Source: Candidatus Hermodarchaeum yapensis (GTDB taxonomy: Archaea; Asgardarchaeota; Hermodarchaeia; Hermodarchaeales; Hermodarchaeaceae). From it: a DNA stretch of 54,847 nt. Numbering within the stretch: position 1 is the first letter of the stretch; every line of letters begins with the position of its first letter. Below are positions 35,952-44,951 of the stretch, piece by piece. The stretch covers positions 1 to 54,847 of the forward strand of contig JAEOSK010000018.1 in NCBI GenBank assembly GCA_016840405.1, given 5' to 3'. The position numbers and the translations under genes were made by a program. Under the pieces are notes generated by a model, which did not search any database, was not told where the DNA came from, and saw only the letters and a list, made by a program, of their open reading frames with translations.

Positions 35952-37190
35952 ATGGCGGTCAACATTATTACTTTCTTTTCATCAGTGTCCCCTCAAGAAC
36001 GTATTTCCGAGATTAATGGTAAATTAAACGCCACAAAAGCGCGAATTTTTACAACCAACTCGTTTTTCAAAGATGGTGTCAAAGCGGATAAAACGATTAG
36101 AGATCAACATAACTACTTGTTTATTGGAACAGGGGGAACTGAAGCAGAAGTTGTCCAATTCATTACAAAATCCAAGATTACCCCTCCTATCCTCCTTCTA
36201 AGTCATGAGGGAAGCAATTCACTACCAGCTGCGATGGAGATTCGGTCATATTTACAGAAACAGGATATTCCTGCACGAATCATCCATGATTCGCTAGAAA
36301 ATCTCACCTCAAGAATTCAAGAGTGGGAGAAATTTACCGAAGTTATCGCTCGAATTCAAGATAGCCGGATAGGTATTGTCGGAAAAGCTTCCTCTTGGCT
36401 GATGGCGTCAGACATTAATCGATCGGCTGTCAGTAAGAAGTGGGGTGTGGAATTCAGGAACTATTCGATGAACACTATTATTGAGAGAAAAGATGATGAC
36501 TTATGGGAAGAATTTCGACCTAACCTTGAACAGTTTTTGTCCAACGCAACTAGCATCGAATGCAGTAATGCAGATATTCGTCAAGCTGCCATCATTGCTC
36601 AGGCCGTCGCGGCGCTGGTCCGAAATCATGATCTCGATGCTGTGACCATTGAATGCTTCAAGCTCCTTGAAGACACCGAAGTCTCAGGCTGTTTTGCTAC
36701 TTCACATATTAACACCTTAGAGGGGGTTGTTGCTGGGTGTGAGGGGGATTTGCCAACCACTTTCACTATGCTGTTAGCCAAATACCTGACGAACCAACCC
36801 GCATTTATGGCTAATGTTGTGGATGTTAACGTAGACAACAACTCGGTAGTCTTTGCCCACTGCACGGTTCCCACTTCAATTCTCGAATCATATGATATTA
36901 CAAGCCATTATGAATCAGGAAGAAGTGTAGCCATTCGGGGTCGATTTCCATTCCGAGATATTACGGTCTTCAAAATGTTCGGAGAAGATCTCACAAGCTT
37001 CTGGGTGTCGGAGGGGGTAATCACAAAAAACCTTTCAAACGAGGAACAATGTCGGACGCAGATTCGAACAACAATCACTGACCCAGTTAGTTATTTCCTC
37101 TCTTCCTCTCTTGCCAACCATCATGTTATCATCCCAGGCAAACATAAACGCCTTATCATCGACTTTTTTAACTTCATTCAACGCCAATAA
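35952..37190 (+). CDS. L-fucose/L-arabinose isomerase-like protein
   Basis: GTGGTE, NSLPAAMEI, CEGD, AHCTVP, HYES, CRTQ and NHH motifs. Confidence 0.75.
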   Translation: MAVNIITFFSSVSPQERISEINGKLNATKARIFTTNSFFKDGVKADKTIRDQHNYLFIGTGGTEAEVVQFITKSKITPPILLLSHEGSNSLPAAMEIRSYLQKQDIPARIIHDSLENLTSRIQEWEKFTEVIARIQDSRIGIVGKASSWLMASDINRSAVSKKWGVEFRNYSMNTIIERKDDDLWEEFRPNLEQFLSNATSIECSNADIRQAAIIAQAVAALVRNHDLDAVTIECFKLLEDTEVSGCFATSHINTLEGVVAGCEGDLPTTFTMLLAKYLTNQPAFMANVVDVNVDNNSVVFAHCTVPTSILESYDITSHYESGRSVAIRGRFPFRDITVFKMFGEDLTSFWVSEGVITKNLSNEEQCRTQIRTTITDPVSYFLSSSLANHHVIIPGKHKRLIIDFFNFIQRQ

Positions 37191-37344
37191 TCATTCGTGT
37201 TAAACTCTTGAAGGGATGTAATGAATCACAATAACGATGGTCTGTTTTTGGAGATATCCTAAACCTTTATGTAATGGCATTCGAAGCTCTTCCATTCACC
37301 AATTATAATTCGAAACGGAGAAATCTCATTGTAGGTGTCGATGT

Positions 37345-37743
37345 ATGAAAGTGAAACGTCACCCAGACGACCGTCCTTTGACCTGGCATGATCTTTGGTT
37401 CTTGGAAGCCGCCATTTCGTTGGTTATTGTTGGCGGGATTTATGTTCTCATCGCTCAATTCGTTGCCCTTCTCACGCCCTACCTCGTTATTGTAATATTC
37501 TTAGGAATTGCAGGTCTGGGTGTCGTTGTTATGGCTTTGTACATCGTTTCTCATGAACGCCGTTTAGGTCGAAGAACAGAGCTCATCGAGCCTGTTTCAA
37601 ATATTCAAGACCTGACTACTGAACAGAAACATTCTATCAAATGGGATCAATGGGTTAAACGCATGTACGGCAAGAAGCAGCAGACACTCCATGTGGTTAA
37701 AGCCACTAAGATTAAGCGGGATCCTTCTGCTTCCGGCAAATAA
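37345..37743 (+). CDS. Hypothetical membrane protein (2 TM)
   Basis: Hydrophobic hairpin and basic tail; AGGTG RBS. Confidence 0.6.
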   Translation: MKVKRHPDDRPLTWHDLWFLEAAISLVIVGGIYVLIAQFVALLTPYLVIVIFLGIAGLGVVVMALYIVSHERRLGRRTELIEPVSNIQDLTTEQKHSIKWDQWVKRMYGKKQQTLHVVKATKIKRDPSASGK

Positions 37744-37777
37744 GTGGGAAATGTTCACTAATTCCTACTAAAACAGT

Positions 37778-38431
37778 GTGAGTATCTGTCTTGAGGTGGA
37801 ACTCTCACCTTTTTGTCTGCCAATGGATATAGAAATGTTTTCAGGTGAGGAAGTTAATCATTTTGATTGTGATGACACAATTGGCGGCGATGAAATGTAT
37901 AAGGGCAAACGAGTTACACTAAGGGCCGTTGAACAAGATGATATTCCTGAGATGCTTCACCACTTCAACGATTGGGAAGTGCGCCGGTTTCTTCATATGA
38001 TCACACCTGTGTCTGCTGAGGAAGAAGAAAAATGGATTCAAGAAATCACTCGCCAACGAAAAGCAGGTACACATTTCTTGTTTACTATTGAACTTCTAAA
38101 GCTCAAACGGTTTTTGGGGGTTTGTGGGTTAAATAGTGTAGATTGGATTCATCGAAGTGCTGAGTTAGGTATTGCCTTGAGCAACAAAAAATATTGGGGG
38201 AAAGGATTGGGCACCGAGGCAATTCATCTTCTAGTTCAGTTCGGCTTTAACGTACTGAATCTACATCGAATTTACTTGACTGTCTTCGAAGATAACTTTC
38301 GTGCTCAACGAGTTTATGAGAAAATTGGATTTACGAAAACAGGACGTCAACGAGAAACCATTCGCCGATTGGGTAGATATTTCGATTTGTTTTCAATGGA
38401 TCTCTTAGCCAATGAATACAAAAAATCATAG
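37778..38431 (+). CDS. RimJ/RimL-type GNAT acetyltransferase
   Basis: VTLRA, AELGI..YWGKGLGTEA, LNLHRI and N.RA..YEKIGF..G motifs; likely true start at ATG 37895 (MYKGKRV). Confidence 0.9.
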   Translation: MSICLEVELSPFCLPMDIEMFSGEEVNHFDCDDTIGGDEMYKGKRVTLRAVEQDDIPEMLHHFNDWEVRRFLHMITPVSAEEEEKWIQEITRQRKAGTHFLFTIELLKLKRFLGVCGLNSVDWIHRSAELGIALSNKKYWGKGLGTEAIHLLVQFGFNVLNLHRIYLTVFEDNFRAQRVYEKIGFTKTGRQRETIRRLGRYFDLFSMDLLANEYKKS

Positions 38432-38462
38432 TAAATTTCTTATGGATTTTTTTGGCAACCGA

Positions 38463-40166
38463 TCAGGCGCTCATCTCATATAAATCTTTGAGCCCTTGGA
38501 TTGTTTCCCAAACCTTCTGATATCGAGTAGAGTCGTATTCGGGTTTTCGAATCATTTGGTTGCAGAATTCCATTTGCTTCGGCGTAGTGCTGGATTTACT
38601 GTAAAGTTGAAGGGCATACTTTGAGAAATCGCGAACCATGAAATCAAAGATTTGGTCAAGGGTCTGATCATCAATGTTGTGAGTTTTAGCATTTTCCAAG
38701 ACGAGTTGTGCATAGACAATGAGGGCAAAGAGTTCGGCGATAGCCATGGAAAAGTCTGTATCACGTTGCTGGTCTGCATCAGGAGTTGCTTGTCCAAGGA
38801 GGTCTTTGAATTTTCCTATCTGCTCATGGAAGATTTTCAAATTTGGAAGCTCAAATTGCTTGAAAATGTCATTGTAGTCGTGGAATTGGATTTTACCGAG
38901 TCCACGTGTTGGTCCTTGCTCGAAGAGGAACACATCGTGCTGTGGTTGGTCTTGACGTGAAACCGGAGCGTATTCTTTGGGATTGAAAAAGTAGTTGAAG
39001 ATGAATTTCGCTACGAGAGCGAGATTGACGTGGACGGTTCCCTCAAGTTTTGGAAGGGCACGAATGTCACGTGCTGCCATCTCAAAATAGGTGTCTTTTT
39101 CAAAACCCTTTGCAGCGATAACATCCCAAAGGAGGTTGATCACCTCTTCTCCCTGAAGGGTGACTTTCATTTTCACCATGGTGTTATAGAGAATGTATCT
39201 GCGATCTTCAAGGGATGCGACACGCATGTAGTCGATAGCCCGGAGGGCGAAGAGTTTCATGGCGACAAGACGCGAATAGGCATCGATGAACATCTGTTTG
39301 ACATGGGAGAAATCAGTTACATACATCCCATAGAGTTGACGATTTGCTGCATGGTTAATGGCTTCGTAGAAGGCGTGTGTGCAGATACCAATGGAGGCAA
39401 TACCTAGATTGTATTTGCCAATGTTAACGGTATTCAAAGCACTATCCCAGGCTTCACGACCTTCGGAGAGAATTGCTTCTTTGGTTATGGGGTAGTCGTG
39501 AAGGCTGAATTCGGCGACATAATTTTGGCTGTTGCAGACATTCTTGATGAGATCGTAAGCTTGGTTACGATAATCTGCTGTGAAAAAGACGTATTCCTTG
39601 GTGTCGGCCATTTTACCAAAGGTCGAAACCATGGGAGCAGTATTAGCGTTCCCAATATAGTATTTAGCTCCATTTGCCTTGAAGGTTCCATCAGTTTGTG
39701 GAGTCAGGGTCATTTCAGTGGAATAGATATCTGCACCATGTTGTTGTTCTGATAATCCGAAAGCAAACACAGCTCCATCTTTAAGGTGTTGGGCTGCTTG
39801 TTTTTTCAGCACCTCATTTTTACTCATCCAGATAGGTCCCAGTCCAAGAATACTGACTTGCCAGGTATACCAGTAGGCTAGCCCGTAGAATGCTAAAATT
39901 TCGTTGAAAGCATAGTTACGCCACATATCCCATCGAGTATCTTTATCACCATATTCTGGAGGAGTTAGAAGCTGTGAGAAGATCTTCTCTTTTTTCTGAA
40001 ATTTAATGAAATCTTCATAAAAGGTGCGAGAATGATCATCTTCTTTGAGTTTCTTTTTTCCGCGCTTTTCAAAAAACTCAATGGTCTTCAGCATGATTTC
40101 TCTTGAATGTTTATCAGGGAATTCGTGGGTGTATTTACGTGGATTAAGTAGAAATATTATGGTCAC
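38463..40166 (-). CDS. Acyl-CoA dehydrogenase family protein
   Basis: FGLSE..HGAD, NGAKYYIGN, R.LYG and LEGT motifs. Confidence 0.9.
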   Translation of the reverse strand: MTIIFLLNPRKYTHEFPDKHSREIMLKTIEFFEKRGKKKLKEDDHSRTFYEDFIKFQKKEKIFSQLLTPPEYGDKDTRWDMWRNYAFNEILAFYGLAYWYTWQVSILGLGPIWMSKNEVLKKQAAQHLKDGAVFAFGLSEQQHGADIYSTEMTLTPQTDGTFKANGAKYYIGNANTAPMVSTFGKMADTKEYVFFTADYRNQAYDLIKNVCNSQNYVAEFSLHDYPITKEAILSEGREAWDSALNTVNIGKYNLGIASIGICTHAFYEAINHAANRQLYGMYVTDFSHVKQMFIDAYSRLVAMKLFALRAIDYMRVASLEDRRYILYNTMVKMKVTLQGEEVINLLWDVIAAKGFEKDTYFEMAARDIRALPKLEGTVHVNLALVAKFIFNYFFNPKEYAPVSRQDQPQHDVFLFEQGPTRGLGKIQFHDYNDIFKQFELPNLKIFHEQIGKFKDLLGQATPDADQQRDTDFSMAIAELFALIVYAQLVLENAKTHNIDDQTLDQIFDFMVRDFSKYALQLYSKSSTTPKQMEFCNQMIRKPEYDSTRYQKVWETIQGLKDLYEMSA

Positions 40167-40320
40167 CTCAAATGAGCGATTTACTTCGCAATAACCGGCT
40201 TGGAGTTTTTTTGTCTATAGGCTGCAGTATTTACTCTATTTATACTAGCAACTAGCATCATATAGTATCTGTATGTTCTAAACCAGATTTTCCTAGATGC
40301 TTAGGTTAGGAAGTTTTTGA

Positions 40321-41526
40321 ATGGACGAAACTAAAGGTACAAAAATTTACGGTTATCGTTGGGTTGTTTTGGTAGCATTCATGTTCATTGCTGCTGTAAC
40401 GCAATTACTTTGGATTATGTTTGCTCCCATTTCATCTCTTGTTGCGTTATTGTATGGAGCAACCGAACTTGACATCGCACTCCTTTCACTAATTTTTATG
40501 GTCGTCTACATTCCTGTGTCTATCCCCTCGGCTTACGTCATCGATAGCAGGGGCTTCAAAATTGCTTGTGTGATTGGAGCTTTCATTACCGCTATTTTTG
40601 CAATTTTACGGGCGTTTTCACCGACTTACCTTATGCTTCTCATCTTCTCTGCAGGAATTGCCATTGGTCAACCCTTTGTGTTTAATAGTCCAACAAAAAT
40701 CGCCCGGCGTTGGTTCCCCGCAAAGGAACGAGGGCTCGCTACTGGTCTCGGAACCATGGCAATTTTTCTGGGCATATTATTGGGATTATTAGTTACTCCC
40801 TTCGCGACCCTAGCGTTCGGATTTACAAATATGATGTTTCTGTATGCGGGCATCGCAATTGTTGCCGCGATTGTATTCTTGTTCCTAGCTCGGGAACAGC
40901 CCTCTACTCCCCCTGAAATGGACGAACTCGAAGACGAAAAGATGATGACAGGGCTCCGACGCCTCTTTAGCATCAAACAATTCTTCATCCTGCTCGTTCT
41001 CTTCTTCATCGGATTAGGCATTTTCAATGGCATAGCCACTTGGATTGAACAGATACTCCTAGGACGTGTTGTTGACTTGACCCAGGCTGGCATAGTAGGC
41101 GCCACGATAATTTTTGGAGGAATCATTGGAGCAGTAATTATCCCTGAACTTTCAGATCGGTTTCAACGGCGAAAACCCTTCATTCTCTTAGCATTAGTAA
41201 TGGCGATACCCTTCACGTTCCTACTCGCTTATCATCCAGATTACACTGTGATTCTTATCTCAGCGTTTCTCCTGGGATTCTTCCTGATGCCCGCTCTCCC
41301 CATTGGATTACAGGCTGGCGCGGAAATGACAACACCCATACCTGAAGGAACTTCAGCGGGAGTTCTAATGATCTTTGGTCAAGCGGGTGGTATCGTACTC
41401 ATCCTTCTCATGTCCCTCGTCAGAGACGTCATGCTAACCTTCTTCTGGGCCATGATGTTGCTCATTGTTCTTGATGTGTTTGCATTGCTAGGTTCTCTAC
41501 TCTTCAAAGAAACTGCCAAGGGCTAG
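40321..41526 (+). CDS. MFS transporter resembling FLVCR/SLC49
   Basis: YRWVVL..LWIMFAPIS, YIP, GQPF...PTKIA.RWFP.KER and E.T.P.PEGTSAG motifs. Confidence 0.8.
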   Translation: MDETKGTKIYGYRWVVLVAFMFIAAVTQLLWIMFAPISSLVALLYGATELDIALLSLIFMVVYIPVSIPSAYVIDSRGFKIACVIGAFITAIFAILRAFSPTYLMLLIFSAGIAIGQPFVFNSPTKIARRWFPAKERGLATGLGTMAIFLGILLGLLVTPFATLAFGFTNMMFLYAGIAIVAAIVFLFLAREQPSTPPEMDELEDEKMMTGLRRLFSIKQFFILLVLFFIGLGIFNGIATWIEQILLGRVVDLTQAGIVGATIIFGGIIGAVIIPELSDRFQRRKPFILLALVMAIPFTFLLAYHPDYTVILISAFLLGFFLMPALPIGLQAGAEMTTPIPEGTSAGVLMIFGQAGGIVLILLMSLVRDVMLTFFWAMMLLIVLDVFALLGSLLFKETAKG

Positions 41527-41546
41527 CGTAGTGAGTTGTCTTCACA

Positions 41547-42488
41547 ATGGAACGCTCATATTGGTATGGAATATTACTCTTCGTTCTCGCACTCTTTCTC
41601 CAATTTATCCCCTTTTTTCTTCCAGCCCTTATTTCAGGTGTTGGCGTTGACATATGGGGTGGAGATATTTTTGACTATGGTTTGTATGCCACTTTATCTG
41701 CGTTTGGGGATCAAGCTCTCAATAACCTACTACTACCTGTAACAATACTTCTTGGTGGACTGATTGGAGGAATTCTTTTCGTACCATTATACCTTGGCGT
41801 ACATCGTCTGATCTATAAACGATCTCGCAACTACGGATTTTTAGATCATCAAATTACTCCAAGTTTGAGCCGTTGGTTACGAAGGGGAATTCTCCCCACG
41901 CTCTTTGCTGTTTACGTCAGTATGACGCTGGCAAACATCTTGGTTGATACGTTAGGAGACCCTATTCTCAGCCTGATTTTTGCGGACACAATTAATCTCG
42001 CAATTGAGGATATAGTTACCATCAAGATCATGCTATGGGGAATAACCGGTCTTGTTGGCACCTTCGTTTGTTGTGCCTTGGTAGTACCGACTTGGTTTCT
42101 TGATGATGCAGGTTTGCTGACCTCAAATGTTAAAATCGATCAACCTCTTGATACGATTCCCAATCAATTACCCAATATTTCAGGTGTGGGTTTTTGGCTA
42201 GCCCGATTACTCAAAGGTTTTGCAGGCATCGCGGTAATCATTCTCTATGCTACAACACTCACCGAGTCCATTATATTGACTTGGCAATATCTCCTTATGT
42301 TTGGCATCGTTGAATTACCTTATCTGATTGTGAATCTGCTCATGTTCCCGTTGTATCCCATTATCATTCTCTTGCTTAGTCTCCCTCTTCTAATGGTCTT
42401 AGACTATTTTGTTCAATCTCGTCAAAGATATGTAAAGCGAATCGGAGAATGGATGGGAATTCAAACTCATTTCGAGTCAGAGCGTTGA
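41547..42488 (+). CDS. Hypothetical polytopic membrane protein
   Basis: About 6 TM segments; WFLDDAG and G.W....KGFAG motifs. Confidence 0.7.
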   Translation: MERSYWYGILLFVLALFLQFIPFFLPALISGVGVDIWGGDIFDYGLYATLSAFGDQALNNLLLPVTILLGGLIGGILFVPLYLGVHRLIYKRSRNYGFLDHQITPSLSRWLRRGILPTLFAVYVSMTLANILVDTLGDPILSLIFADTINLAIEDIVTIKIMLWGITGLVGTFVCCALVVPTWFLDDAGLLTSNVKIDQPLDTIPNQLPNISGVGFWLARLLKGFAGIAVIILYATTLTESIILTWQYLLMFGIVELPYLIVNLLMFPLYPIIILLLSLPLLMVLDYFVQSRQRYVKRIGEWMGIQTHFESER

Positions 42489-42547
42489 TAAAACAAAACG
42501 GATTTTATACTCTAAAACGATGAGTAACCAAGCAGTCTTTCATAAGG

Positions 42548-44926
42548 GTGTTTATGTATTTGCCTTCAGAACGTGTGCAACGTCTCCGTAATCACAGTAT
42601 CAGCGCTAGACCTTACATTTCTTCGGAACGTGCAGAGCTGCTCACAGAGTTCTTTGAGCAACATGCAAATGAGGGGAAATCAATCCCTGTAACTCGTGCC
42701 CTTGCCTTCAAACATATCCTTGAACACAAAGCGTTGTATTTTGGTGATGGGGAATTAATTGTGGGAGAACGGGGACCAGAACCTAAAGCTACTCCAACTT
42801 ACCCCGAATTATGTTGCCATTCTCTCAAGGATTTCGATGTATTGGAAAGTCGTGATGTGGCCCCCTTTTCTGTTAGTGAGGATGTTCGAAGGGTATATGA
42901 GGAGAGGATTCTTCCGTTTTGGAAAGGCAAAACGATGCGAGAATTTGTGTTCTCTGCTGTGAGTTCGGAGTGGCAATTGGCGTATTCTGTAGGAGTTATC
43001 ACTGAGTTCATGGAGCAACGTGCCCCAGGTCATGCCATTCTTGATGACAAAATCTACAATCGTGGCTTACTGGACTTCAAACAGGAGATTGAAACATCAA
43101 TTTCTTTACTTGATTTTGACAAGGATCCTGAAGCACTTCTTAAGGAAGAAGAACTGAAAGCAATGGCGATTACCATCGATGCCCTAATCCATTATGCAGA
43201 ACGTTATGCGAAAAAAGCCTTAGACCTCGCTGAAAAAGAGAAAGATCAGTTACGTAAAAAAGAACTGGAGATAATTGCTTCCGTTTGTTCTCATGTTCCT
43301 GCTCATGCACCTCGCGATTTCTGGGAAGCTTTACAGATGTATTGGTTCGTTCATCTTGGCGTTATTACAGAGTTGAACGTGTGGGATTCTTTCAATCCCG
43401 GACGACTTGATCAACACTTACTTCCCTTCTTCAAAAAAGGAATTGAAACCGGAACCCTCTCGAAAGAGTTTGCAAAGGAATTACTACAGTGCTTCTGGGT
43501 TAAGTTTAACAATCAACCGGCTCCACCGAAGGTTGATGTTACGGTAGAGCAAAGCGGAACCTATCAGGATTTTGCTCTCATCAACGTGGGTGGGCTGACC
43601 CCAGACGGGGAAGATGCAGTCAATGAATTGTCTTACATGATTCTTGATGTCTGTAAAGATATGCAGCTGATTATGCCCAGCCTATGTATACAATTGAGCT
43701 CCAAGAGCCCAGATCAATTCCTCCATCATGCGTTAACCGTTGTCAAAGCGGGATTTGGTCAACCTTCAATCTTCAATACCGATGTCATCATACAAGAATT
43801 TCTTCGCGCTGGTAAATCCTTGGAAGACGCCCTGAGTGGCGGACCCAGTGGCTGTGTCACAATAAGTGCCTTCGGGAAAGAGAGCTGCATCCTCACAGGA
43901 TATTGTAACTGGCCTAAGATTCTCGAATTAGCCTTGAATAATGGTCAAGACCCACTAACAGGAAAACAAGTTGGTCCCACAACGGGCAAGGCGACAGGTT
44001 TCACTTCATTTAATGATGTACTACTCGCCTATAAACAACAATTACAGTATTTCATCAACCTCAAAATTAACGGCAATAATCGGATTGAACGATTATATGC
44101 CCAGAACATGCCCGCACCGTTTCTTTCCTTACTATTTGATGACTGTATCAAGAAGGGCAAAGACTACCACGATGGAGGGCCACGATACAACTCCACATAC
44201 ATTCAAGGCGTTGGACTAGGAACGCTCACGGATTCGCTGTCGGCTGTAAAATACCACGCATTTGACAAACGGACGGTTTCACTCTCTTCACTAATCAGAT
44301 CTCTGAACAAAAATTTTGAAGCCAATGAGGAATTACGGCAGCGGCTCATCACCGAAGCACCGAAATTCGGTAATGATGATGACTATGCGGATAAAATCGC
44401 CCAAGAAATCTTTGATGCCTACTTTTCACCCATTGATGGACGTCCGAACACAAAAGGGGGCGAGTACCGGGTGAATCTGCTACCTACAACCGTACACATC
44501 TACTTCGGTCGTATTACAGGAGCTACACCCAACGGGCGCAAAGCGGGTTATCCACTTTCTGATGGCATTTCACCAAGTCACGGTTCAGATACTTGTGGCC
44601 CTACAGCAGTAATCCGATCTGTTTCTAAAATTGACCATGTGAAAACTGGAGGAACTCTTCTAAATCAGAAGCTTCTTCCCAAACTTTTGAACACAAACAC
44701 GGGAATAGAGAAACTAGCGGCCCTCATCCGCACATACTTCAAACTTGGCGGTCACCATATTCAGTTCAACGTAATCGATGCACATACTTTGAAGGATGCT
44801 CAACAGCACCCTGAACTGTACCGTGACCTCATTGTCCGTGTTGCAGGATACAGTGACTACTTCGTCGATATTGGGAAAGAACTGCAGGACGAAATTATTG
44901 CTAGAACAACCCAAGATGAGTTTTAA
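42548..44926 (+). CDS. Glycyl radical enzyme, trans-4-hydroxy-L-proline dehydratase (HypD)-like
   Basis: C-terminal RVAGYS glycyl loop; EQRAPGH, WDSFNPGRLDQ, SGTYQDF, SGCVT, LTGY and LPTT motifs. Confidence 0.9.
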   Translation: MFMYLPSERVQRLRNHSISARPYISSERAELLTEFFEQHANEGKSIPVTRALAFKHILEHKALYFGDGELIVGERGPEPKATPTYPELCCHSLKDFDVLESRDVAPFSVSEDVRRVYEERILPFWKGKTMREFVFSAVSSEWQLAYSVGVITEFMEQRAPGHAILDDKIYNRGLLDFKQEIETSISLLDFDKDPEALLKEEELKAMAITIDALIHYAERYAKKALDLAEKEKDQLRKKELEIIASVCSHVPAHAPRDFWEALQMYWFVHLGVITELNVWDSFNPGRLDQHLLPFFKKGIETGTLSKEFAKELLQCFWVKFNNQPAPPKVDVTVEQSGTYQDFALINVGGLTPDGEDAVNELSYMILDVCKDMQLIMPSLCIQLSSKSPDQFLHHALTVVKAGFGQPSIFNTDVIIQEFLRAGKSLEDALSGGPSGCVTISAFGKESCILTGYCNWPKILELALNNGQDPLTGKQVGPTTGKATGFTSFNDVLLAYKQQLQYFINLKINGNNRIERLYAQNMPAPFLSLLFDDCIKKGKDYHDGGPRYNSTYIQGVGLGTLTDSLSAVKYHAFDKRTVSLSSLIRSLNKNFEANEELRQRLITEAPKFGNDDDYADKIAQEIFDAYFSPIDGRPNTKGGEYRVNLLPTTVHIYFGRITGATPNGRKAGYPLSDGISPSHGSDTCGPTAVIRSVSKIDHVKTGGTLLNQKLLPKLLNTNTGIEKLAALIRTYFKLGGHHIQFNVIDAHTLKDAQQHPELYRDLIVRVAGYSDYFVDIGKELQDEIIARTTQDEF

Positions 44927-44951
44927 GTGATCAAATGAGGTAAGGTAAAAA

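Noticed and set aside
42548-44926. Pyruvate formate-lyase or choline TMA-lyase
   Set aside because: It lacks the PFL Cys-Cys pair, and the surrounding motifs match the HypD type rather than CutC.
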